Shown here: positions 20,700 through 27,381 of the stretch, in pieces
Layout: every line of letters begins with the position of its first letter
Position numbering within the stretch: position 1 is the first letter of the stretch
IMG/VR virus record: IMGVR_UViG_3300037088_000332
Source of the DNA: an uncultured virus (IMG/VR IMGVR_UViG_3300037088_000332)
Taxonomy: Duplodnaviria; Heunggongvirae; Uroviricota; Caudoviricetes
Length of the DNA stretch: 64,000 nucleotides
Strand: one strand, 5' to 3'
Program-made: the position numbers and the translations under genes
Notes under the pieces: model-generated
Database searches by the model: none
Told to the model about the DNA's origin: nothing
What the model saw: only the letters and a program-made list of their open reading frames with translations

Positions 20700-21097
20700 A
20701 ACCGCCCGCTGCCACGGTTGAGAGGACTCAACGACGCCTTCAACTTCAGAGCTACCTAGCTACCTAGCTGCTTCGCTGCATTGCTCGTGCCCAGAGAAGG
20801 CAATTAGGGCCAGCGTATAGCAGTCAACTTACGCCCGTAAGGACTAGGCAGTGGGGGGAACCTAAAATCTTAGAGCGGAGGTAGCTGGTCTTGGTCCCTG
20901 TCTAAAGGGCAGGTTCTTGGCCAGCCTCATTTCCCTACACCACACGGGTTGATACAGCAGGGTATGTTGATGGTGTCTCACCCCCGCCGCTGCGTTATCC
21001 TAACGCTCCCCCCCGCTCATCCCACTCCTGTGGCCACGCCCTTTAGGCATCGCCGTGTTGAAAGGATAAGCCCACGGCTTAGGCACAACAGGAGCAG
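20700..21097 (-). ncRNA. putative structured ncRNA region (2-3 domains)
   Basis: Downstream of the 21101 promoter motif; long-range stems GCTCCTGT/ACAGGAGT, GAGCGGGGG/CCTCCGCTC, CCCACTGCC/GGCAGCGGG; no credible ORF. Confidence 0.5.
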
Positions 21098-21230
21098 CAC
21101 TTATATAATACATCGGAAAACTGGGAAATTTGAACTTATTTTGAAGCGGTGAGTCCGAGTAGCCTTGTTGGCACCGCTCCGCTCCGCAAGGCTCAAAAGA
21201 TGGGAAGCGGTAAAAACCATCTACCCCGGA

Positions 21231-21449
21231 CTAAGGAGTGATACTTATAATCTCGGAGATTGGATGGAGAAGTAGGACCCCATCGTGCTTTATCGCAAGG
21301 TGCTTGAATCCGTCAAACTCCGTAAACTCGGCTTCACCTTCAGGAAGGCTGTCCCATATCTTCTTGTCCACCACTACGACTTTTGGGATGATGGGATGCC
21401 TTGAGACTTCTTCAAATGCACTTGAAAGGTCCAGCATTACGCTCTCCAC
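21231..21449 (-). CDS. hypothetical protein
   Basis: 72-aa ORF after tRNA-Trp. Confidence 0.55.
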   Translation of the reverse strand: MESVMLDLSSAFEEVSRHPIIPKVVVVDKKIWDSLPEGEAEFTEFDGFKHLAIKHDGVLLLHPISEIISITP

Positions 21450-21454
21450 TGATT

Positions 21455-21529
21455 TGGCAGGGGTGGAGAGATTCGAACTCCCACTGCAGCGTTTTGGAGA
21501 CGCGCCGACTGCCGTTATCTTACACCCCT
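21455..21529 (-). tRNA. tRNA-Trp(CCA)
   Basis: AGGGGTG/CACCCCT, GCGT-CTCCAAA-ACGC, GCCA end. Confidence 0.9.
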
Positions 21530-22044
21530 GAATTTTTGTTCCTATGCCTCCACGGTTTTGAGGTCGGTTGCTGTGTATGACAATGTGGACATAGAAACCT
21601 TAAATTTTCTGACCGGTCATCATACAGTAAACCATTGCGATGGTCTACATGTAGAACAAGTGGTTTTTTATTCCAGATGGGACCTTGACCACAAAGTTCA
21701 CATTTATACTCACGACCGATGTCTATTAGGCAACGCCTTAGTCTATGAGCCTGCTGCCGTGGTTCTGAGGGGTCTCTGAGCACCAATCGTTTATCTGGAG
21801 GAACCCTTTCCGTACCACCTTTATGATTCAGTCCTTTATTATACCCGCACCCCAAAAAATGAGAAGTGTCTATTTTGTGTCTTTTCAATAATCTTCCAAC
21901 ATAAGCATTACTGGTTTTACTTGCGCCAAGAAGTAAAGTCACATTGGTTATGGTTTTAGATACCTTGGCACATCTACTCAAATCTTCGTAAATATATCCC
22001 ATACTTATGGTTTGAGTAGTTGGTTTATAAACCACTGTCGCCAT
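21520..22044 (-). CDS. HNH homing endonuclease
   Basis: CELCG..WNKKPLVLHVDHRNG..DDRSENLRFLCPHCH. Confidence 0.9.
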   Translation of the reverse strand: MATVVYKPTTQTISMGYIYEDLSRCAKVSKTITNVTLLLGASKTSNAYVGRLLKRHKIDTSHFLGCGYNKGLNHKGGTERVPPDKRLVLRDPSEPRQQAHRLRRCLIDIGREYKCELCGQGPIWNKKPLVLHVDHRNGLLYDDRSENLRFLCPHCHTQQPTSKPWRHRNKNSGV

Positions 22045-22067
22045 CTTATGGTGATATTATAACTTTC

Positions 22068-22502
22068 GCTGGCGTCCTATCCGATAAACGAAGACCACGA
22101 CCGAGGGTACCATGGTTACCACGGTCACTGCTACCATTATGGCTACGCAGCACATGCGGTCTTGCGGGAGTCGAACCCACATTACCAGCCTGCCAGCGCT
22201 CTACCAACTGAGCTACGAGTCCCTTGTGGACCCGGAGGATTCGAACCCCATCTCTGGCTGTCTTAATGAGAGCGGAGAGCCTTGCTCAATCAACGCTCCA
22301 GATACGGACAGTGTCCTGAACCACTAGACGAATGCTCACAGCCAGCTACCATTAAGGCTATGCTGGCTCTTCGTGGCCACGAAGCACAGAGCATGCTGGA
22401 TTTGAACCAGCGTTCCCATCCTACTTAACGGCGGGGTCTTGGCTGATTAGATGACCGAGGAGCTAGGCTCCCCGATGGGGATTCGAACCCCAGTTTCCCG
22501 CC
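22068..22502 (-). ncRNA. RNA of four tandem circularly permuted tRNA-like modules
   Basis: Each module runs T arm -> acceptor hairpin -> D arm, closed by an anticodon-stem-like helix. Confidence 0.75.
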
Positions 22503-22507
22503 TGACT

Positions 22508-22586
22508 TGGTCCCAGCGAATGGCATCAAACCACCGACCTCCTTCCAGCCGAAGCGGAAGGTGCTCTTTAGCTGAGCTACGCCGGG
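22508..22586 (-). ncRNA. tRNA-like RNA with cUUCGg-capped anticodon arm (copy 1)
   Basis: CCCGGCG/CGCTGGG acceptor, ACCA end, CCTTCC-GC-TTCG-GC-T-GGAAGG. Confidence 0.8.
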
Positions 22587-22593
22587 ACAAACT

Positions 22594-22670
22594 TGGTTCC
22601 GAGGGCTGGGGTCGAACCAACAGTCTCACCGGTTCAGAGCCGGGGATTTTACCAGTTAAACTACCTCGGA
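22594..22670 (-). tRNA. tRNA-Gln(CTG)
   Basis: TCCGAGG/CCTCGGA, CCGG-CTCTGAA-CCGG, CCA. Confidence 0.88.
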
Positions 22671-22790
22671 ACAATCTTTGCAGAGGGATGATGCAACAGG
22701 TTTCTCAATGCCGTTGGCATCGGCTCCCGGAATTCACAACCTGCCTCTGCACCAGTCGTGAACCCAATCGGGACCTGAAGCTATCAATCT

Positions 22791-22869
22791 TGGTCCAGGC
22801 GAAAGGAATTGAACCCCCGACCTCCTCCCAGCCGAAGCGGAAGGTGCTCTTTCTCTGAGCTACGCCTGG
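22791..22869 (-). ncRNA. tRNA-like RNA with cUUCGg-capped anticodon arm (copy 2)
   Basis: CCAGGCG/CGCCTGG, ACCA, CCTTCC-GC-TTCG-GC-T-GGGAGG. Confidence 0.8.
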
Positions 22870-22876
22870 ACAAACT

Positions 22877-22955
22877 TGGAGCCGGTGAATGGCATCGAAC
22901 CATCGACCCCCCTCTACCCGAAGGAGAAGGTGCTCTCTAGCTGAGCTACACCGGC
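22877..22955 (-). ncRNA. tRNA-like RNA with cUUCGg-capped anticodon arm (copy 3)
   Basis: GCCGGTG/CACCGGC, TCCA, CCTTCT-CC-TTCG-GG-T-AGAGGG. Confidence 0.8.
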
Positions 22956-22962
22956 ACAAACT

Positions 22963-23036
22963 TGGTCTGGGCACTGAGAATCGAACTCAGGTCTTATGCT
23001 CCCGAAGCATAGGCTAGACCTTCCAGCTATGCCCAG
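22963..23036 (-). tRNA. tRNA-Pro(CGG)
   Basis: TATGC-TTCGGGA-GCATA; C1:G72, A73, CCA. Confidence 0.9.
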
Positions 23037-23042
23037 TAAAAA

Positions 23043-23116
23043 TGGTCGGGGTGCTCGGAATTGAACCGAGGTCTTATGCTCCCAAAGCATAGGCTTGACC
23101 GTCCAGCAACACCCCG
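23043..23116 (-). tRNA. tRNA-Pro(TGG)
   Basis: TATGC-TTTGGGA-GCATA; CCA. Confidence 0.9.
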
Positions 23117-23126
23117 TTCTAAATTT

Positions 23127-23205
23127 TGGTCAGGGCACCCGGATTCGGACCGGGGAAACCTCTTGCACCCCAAGCAAGCGCTCTACCAGGCTGAGCTATG
23201 CCCTG
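23127..23205 (-). tRNA. tRNA-Pro(GGG)
   Basis: CTTGC-TTGGGGT-GCAAG; CCA. Confidence 0.88.
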
Positions 23206-23508
23206 ACAAATACTTTGAAGGCTCATCGGTTAAAACCGATGAATTGCCATATGTTTGGCGGAGAAGCTACTCGTAGCTAGCGGGTACGAGTCAATTCATC
23301 TCCTTCAGCAATCAGCACCTCACTCGCAATAGCGGCGGGTGTTTCAGTGCTCACCTTCAAACTTGGCGGTAGGCAGAAGGAGGGTCACTCCTTGGAGCGG
23401 CACGGGGATTGTGCCCCGACGCCCCACACACGCAAACTGGTTAGCCTCGCCAGCCCAGTGTGCTCCTACCATAACCCAGACTTTCAAATGCTTGGATAGA
23501 GGAACACA

Positions 23509-24195
23509 ATGCAAACTATTGATACTACCGCAAGCATTAAGCTACTGAACAAAATCCATGCTGCCAAGTTGGGTGGAAAAGCCACAGGGGTAATTTCTCG
23601 GCGACTGGCGGTTGAAGCGAAAGAACGATATAACTCCAACCCCAACCACTGTATCACTTGTAACATCCCTATCTTGGCTTCTGATAATCCAAAAATCAAA
23701 CTACAGCAGACTCAGAGAAAAAAGCACTGCTCTCATTCTTGTGCCGCCAAACACCGAAAAGGCTTGACCGCTCCTCGATTGTGCCATCACTGCAATAAGA
23801 CCCCTGTGTTAAAGGATAGAATTGTGTGTGATGTGTGCAAAATTCTTCATACTAAGCCTGCGTGGTTTGGCATATTAGCCAACCTAAGCAAGGAGAGTGT
23901 TTTTTCTCGTTGCAAAAACTGGCAGTCGGCTAGAACCGTAATTCGTCAACACGCCGCTTATATCTACGCCTTATCCAACCAGCCGAAAATATGTAAAGTT
24001 TGCGGCTATTCAACCCACGTTGAGGTATGTCATATACAGGCTGTTAGCAGCTTTCTCCACTCTACTCTGATTAGTGAGATAAACAATGGCACTAATCTTG
24101 TTGCCCTTTGCCGTAACCACCATTGGGAGCTTGACCACGGCATTCTTAAATTGGTACCAGGAGTGGGGGTTGAACCCACGACTTCTTCGTTATGA
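23509..24195 (+). CDS. HNH endonuclease, antisense to the tRNA array
   Basis: CKVCGYSTHVEVCHI...NLVALCRNHHWELD; SD GAGGA. Confidence 0.88.
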   Translation: MQTIDTTASIKLLNKIHAAKLGGKATGVISRRLAVEAKERYNSNPNHCITCNIPILASDNPKIKLQQTQRKKHCSHSCAAKHRKGLTAPRLCHHCNKTPVLKDRIVCDVCKILHTKPAWFGILANLSKESVFSRCKNWQSARTVIRQHAAYIYALSNQPKICKVCGYSTHVEVCHIQAVSSFLHSTLISEINNGTNLVALCRNHHWELDHGILKLVPGVGVEPTTSSL

Positions 24196-24228
24196 GCGAA
24201 GCGTTCTCCCACGCTGAACTACCCTGGC
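24152..24228 (-). tRNA. tRNA-Met or Ile2 (CAT)
   Basis: CTTCG-CTCATAA-CGAAG; CCA. Confidence 0.88.
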
Positions 24229-24430
24229 ACAAAACTTGGGTACGTGGTGTTCGGGAGCCATGGTGGTTGCGCACGCTGCACCATGGGTATGTTGCCCGGC
24301 AATCACGCCGCCCGGACAATGGCCTTTATGGGCGCTCACGTACCTGCTTGAAGCATGAGGATGGGTTCGAACCACCGACCCCCCGGAATCCGGTTGCTCT
24401 TCCTAGCTGAGCTATTCAATGCTTCTAATG

Positions 24431-24509
24431 TTGCGGGGGTGGGAATCGGACCCACTTTGCTTTCGCTGGAGCTTATGAGACTCCCGAACGCCCGGTGTTC
24501 TTCCCCGCG
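24431..24509 (-). tRNA. initiator-like tRNA-Met(CAT), atypical
   Basis: C1xA72 mismatch (CGCGGGG/CCCCGCA), GGAGT-CTCATAA-GCTCC, GC-GAAA-GC variable hairpin, no encoded CCA. Confidence 0.7.
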
Positions 24510-24671
24510 TCAAACTTTCTTCTCTTTCGTCATCGCCGCAAGCTTGGTTGCTTGGGTCAGGGTAGCCCAGCGCATCTGCATCAATCGCTTTGTGCCATAC
24601 CATCCCCAATACTCCATCGGGATGATTTTTCCCCACACCCATTTATCAAGCCATACATAAATCTTGGACAT
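24510..24671 (-). CDS. small hypothetical protein (53 aa, MSKIYVWLDKWVWGKIIP...)
   Basis: Hand-translated; below the ORF-track cutoff. Confidence 0.5.
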   Translation of the reverse strand: MSKIYVWLDKWVWGKIIPMEYWGWYGTKRLMQMRWATLTQATKLAAMTKEKKV

Positions 24672-24942
24672 TAGCCAACTGTTCCTTCTCTAATACCCGA
24701 GTCTTGGCATTTTCATGGAACCTAACTCGGCTGCGAACAAACTTTTTAGCGCCTCGGATGTTCTTGGCCACACCGTGTTTGCCGTCCGTCTGGTCATGGG
24801 TACTGGCTCCTGCTGTTACCACCATATCAGCCAATACTGACCTAGCAGTAAAATGCTTGGTCCCTTTGCCGTATCCGTTGCGACCGGGTCCGACATACGC
24901 CGTCATTTGTTCTTTAAATCCTCGTTGATGATTCGTTTTCAT
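24646..24942 (-). CDS. hypothetical protein
   Basis: MKTNHQRGF... starts right after tRNA-Phe. Confidence 0.65.
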   Translation of the reverse strand: MKTNHQRGFKEQMTAYVGPGRNGYGKGTKHFTARSVLADMVVTAGASTHDQTDGKHGVAKNIRGAKKFVRSRVRFHENAKTRVLEKEQLANVQDLCMA

Positions 24943-25798
24943 AAAATTTGGTGGCCAGGACTGGATTTGAACCAGCAACGCCTACCTCTTCAGGGTAGCG
25001 CTCTACCATTGGAGCTACCTGACCACAATCTATAAAATTCACAACTGACAACACTTTTTTTGAAGTTCGTGCCATCGGTATCCATGACCCAAATAGCCCC
25101 TTACTGCTCATTTCTTTAAGAGTCGGCACAAGGTAAATCCATGCATCATATGGCATGTCCCGGCGAAGATAATTACATCGAATACAGGCTGGGTTGACGT
25201 TGTCTTTAGTGTGCCCTTTCGTGTTGTCAATGCGGTCGAGAGTCATCCTAAGCTCTTTTTCTCCACAATAAACACAGCCATTCAAAAAGGCCAATGTAAT
25301 GAATTCTTTATTCAAATCATTATTGTATCCACGTTTTTTATCAGATTGACGACAGTCTTTGAGTACAGTCATCGGCAATCTATTTGGGTCTTGTCTGTAT
25401 TTCCGATTGTAGGAGTTTATAAGCTCCCGATTAGCCTTTCCTTTTTTAAATCGCTTTCTGTATTCTCGGTTGCAAATGTGACAAATATGTCGTTTATATT
25501 GTCTTCCATTCACCCTACGTTTATGAAAGTGAACTTCTGGTTCTGTTTTTCCACAATCATTGCAGCGGTGTTTTCCAAACGATGGGTCATTTTTAATGTA
25601 CGCTGCATCCTTAGCCGCCTGCACATTAAGGCGATGACGAATTGAATTTTTTACATACCAGGCTTCTTGAAACTCCTTTTTACAGGGTTTACATAAAGAA
25701 GCAAATCCATCTTTCTTGGTTTTGTTTCTGTCAAAATTTCTAGATGTAAGCTCCAGTTCTTTTTTGCATTTGTGACATTGTTTAAACTTTGAATCCAT
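24914..25798 (-). CDS. HNH endonuclease with N-terminal Zn-ribbon repeats; 3' end runs through tRNA-Phe
   Basis: CVYCG..MTLDRIDNTKGHTKDNVNPACIRCN; multiple CxxC. Confidence 0.88.
   Translation of the reverse strand: MDSKFKQCHKCKKELELTSRNFDRNKTKKDGFASLCKPCKKEFQEAWYVKNSIRHRLNVQAAKDAAYIKNDPSFGKHRCNDCGKTEPEVHFHKRRVNGRQYKRHICHICNREYRKRFKKGKANRELINSYNRKYRQDPNRLPMTVLKDCRQSDKKRGYNNDLNKEFITLAFLNGCVYCGEKELRMTLDRIDNTKGHTKDNVNPACIRCNYLRRDMPYDAWIYLVPTLKEMSSKGLFGSWIPMARTSKKVLSVVNFIDCGQVAPMVERYPEEVGVAGSNPVLATKFYENESSTRI
24949..25024 (-). tRNA. tRNA-Phe(GAA)
   Basis: CTACC-CTGAAGA-GGTAG; CCA. Confidence 0.9.
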
Positions 25799-25865
25799 CT
25801 CTTAACCCCTTAACTAAATACTGATAATTAAGTTTTTAGTTAAGGGTTGATGCTTTTTGATATTT

Positions 25866-25944
25866 TGGTGGAATCGGCGGATTGGGTGCCCGCAACTTTC
25901 GGCTTAAGAGGCCGCTACGCTTAACCCTTTTGCGTCACGATTCC
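25866..25944 (-). tRNA. tRNA-Lys(CTT), aberrant T-loop
   Basis: GGAATCG/CGATTCC; CGGC-CTCTTAA-GCCG; T-loop lacks TTC. Confidence 0.75.
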
Positions 25945-25962
25945 AAACTTAGTTCTAAATTT

Positions 25963-26039
25963 TGGTACCCCCGATGGGAATTGAACCCACATTTATGTCC
26001 GCTTAAAAGGCGGCTGCATTGCCGGTCTGCCACGGGGGC
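25963..26039 (-). tRNA. tRNA-Lys(TTT)
   Basis: CCGC-CTTTTAA-GCGG; CCA. Confidence 0.88.
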
Positions 26040-26046
26040 TAAATTT

Positions 26047-26132
26047 TGGCTCCGAGGGAGGGAATCGAACCCCCACTAGGCTTGCGCCAGTCTGGTTAAC
26101 AGCCAGATGCCATACCTTTAGGCGACCTCGGA
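26047..26132 (-). tRNA. tRNA-Asn(GTT) with atypical long variable arm
   Basis: TCTGG-CTGTTAA-CCAGA; GGC-GCAA-GCC variable hairpin; G73, CCA. Confidence 0.87.
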
Positions 26133-26175
26133 ACAATCTTTAATGCTGCTTTAAATATGGCAGCAAGTTTAAATA

Positions 26176-26254
26176 TGGTACCCCCGGAGAGATTTGAACT
26201 CCCGCCCGTTCGCTTCGAAGGCGACCGCTCTGTTCCAGGCTGAGCTACAGGGGC
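26176..26254 (-). tRNA. tRNA-Arg(TCG)
   Basis: TCGC-CTTCGAA-GCGA; CCA. Confidence 0.88.
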
Positions 26255-26283
26255 ACATTTTTTACTGTCCACTCCTTCAAACT

Positions 26284-26358
26284 TGGTACCCCCAAGAGGA
26301 ATCGAACCCCTGTCTCATCGTTCGTAGCGATGTGCGTTCTCCACTACACTATGAGGGC
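26284..26358 (-). tRNA. tRNA-Arg(ACG)
   Basis: CATCG-CTACGAA-CGATG; CCA. Confidence 0.9.
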
Positions 26359-26439
26359 ACAATTTTCCGGCGTGGGTCGCCTATTCTAAGTCCGGGGATT
26401 GGATACCCACACCCTAGAGGTACAGACCCACGCCAAACT

Positions 26440-26514
26440 TGGTAGTCCCGCTCGGGGTCGAACCGAGATTTTAGCCTTCGGAGGGCTACGCCCTATCCAT
26501 TGGACGACGGAACC
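26440..26514 (-). tRNA. tRNA-Arg(CCG)
   Basis: TAGCC-CTCCGAA-GGCTA; CCA. Confidence 0.9.
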
Positions 26515-26549
26515 ATAAACTCGTGGGAGGAGTTTCCCTCCTCCCCGCA

Positions 26550-26618
26550 GGGAGCCTTCTTCCTCTTGAACTACAGCCTTGGTTTGGCTGGCGGGTCTCG
26601 ATTCCCGCATTGTCTCCC
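26550..26618 (-). ncRNA. single circularly permuted tRNA-like module
   Basis: GGGAG..GCGGG-AATCGAGA-CCCGC, CAGCC/GGCTG hairpin, TA-GTTCAAGAGGAAGAAG, CTCCC. Confidence 0.6.
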
Positions 26619-26727
26619 GTGACTTAGTGGCGGTGTCCAGCAGCGTAACATATCGGGTTTCACCGGGTCATGACTCCCGGCTACTTATTAGGTCCCTGCT
26701 CACTCGCTGCCAATCTTCCGCCCATAT

Positions 26728-26802
26728 TGGGGTGACCGGTGGGTGACAATCCCACGACCTCCTGGTTCACAGCCAGGCGCTCTATCGTTGAGCTACGGCC
26801 AC
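26728..26802 (-). tRNA. tRNA-His(GTG), aberrant T-loop
   Basis: CCTGG-CTGTGAA-CCAGG; C73 then CCA; T-loop ATTGTCA. Confidence 0.78.
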
Positions 26803-26882
26803 ACTCTGCGCAACGGTTATCTTCACGTCACGACTTAATCTTGAAATAATCCCAGTTCCTTGACCACCTGTCCCCTTAAACT

Positions 26883-26960
26883 TGGGCGCAAGGGACGGAT
26901 TTAAACCGTCGTCCATCCGGCACCACTGCCGGTGCTCTCTCTACCTGAGCTACCCTACAC
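26883..26960 (-). ncRNA. tRNA-His-like RNA with 4-nt anticodon loop
   Basis: G-1:C73 and CCA; CCGGCA-GTGG-TGCCGG. Confidence 0.65.
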
Positions 26961-27049
26961 ATAAAAATGAAAAGCCCAATCTTAAACTCAGGGCAGGGCT
27001 TATACCTTGATGCCCAATGGGTCTTATAACCTGCTGCCTGCCCTAATCT

Positions 27050-27124
27050 TGGCGGGAGAGGAGGGACTCGAACCCCCGTACTTGGTTTTGGAGACCAAGG
27101 TCCTAGCCGCTAGACGACTCGCCC
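27050..27124 (-). tRNA. tRNA-Trp(CCA)
   Basis: TTGGT-CTCCAAA-ACCAA; GCCA. Confidence 0.9.
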
Positions 27125-27132
27125 GAAAAACT

Positions 27133-27208
27133 TGGGGGGAGGGATGGGACTCGAACCCACAACTACCTGCTCCACAGGCAGGCGTTCTACCATTGAACTA
27201 CCCTTCCC
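27133..27208 (-). tRNA. tRNA-His(GTG)
   Basis: CCTGC-CTGTGGA-GCAGG; G-1:C73, CCA. Confidence 0.9.
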
Positions 27209-27210
27209 AT

Positions 27211-27254
27211 AAAAACGAAAACCCCCACCAGAACTTTCGCTCGATGGGGGTTTC
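27211..27254 (-). terminator. attenuator-type intrinsic terminator before tRNA array 1
   Basis: GAAACCCCCATC-GAGCGAAAGTTC-TGGTGGGGGTTTT-CGTTTTT, ending 2 nt before the first tRNA. Confidence 0.85.
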
Positions 27255-27276
27255 TTTCATTCTGTTTTGCTAGGTC

Positions 27277-27381
27277 TTACCTTGTACAACCCCTTGCTAA
27301 CAGAGCCCCACCGAACCTTGGGCGGCTAAAATTATGCCGCTTAGGCTGCCACTTCATCGGATTTGGTTTCCTGTTTCGCAT
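27277..27381 (-). CDS. putative leader peptide of array 1 (MRNRKPNPMKWQPKRHNFSRPRFGGALLARGCTR)
   Basis: Hand-translated; 22 of the first 23 codons are read by array-1 tRNAs; contains the antiterminator strand 27306-27315. Confidence 0.8.
   Translation of the reverse strand: MRNRKPNPMKWQPKRHNFSRPRFGGALLARGCTR

Noticed and set aside
20855..20870. Antisense pairing with the 54181-54196 minigene region
   Set aside because: Only ~11 contiguous pairs, which is plausible by chance in 64 kb.
20700..21097. tmRNA, RNase P RNA, 6S or SRP RNA
   Set aside because: No tmRNA termini or tag ORF, no P4 consensus, no SRP loop motif, and the fold is multi-branched rather than a 6S-like rod.
22155..22465. Ordinary pseudo-tRNAs or intron-containing tRNAs in normal order
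   Set aside because: Acceptor strands do not pair in D-then-T order but pair well in the permuted order.
22447..27273. Short ORF-track ORFs overlapping tRNA genes, and similar ones at 50420-52796
   Set aside because: These are shadow translations of structured RNA genes with no protein motifs.
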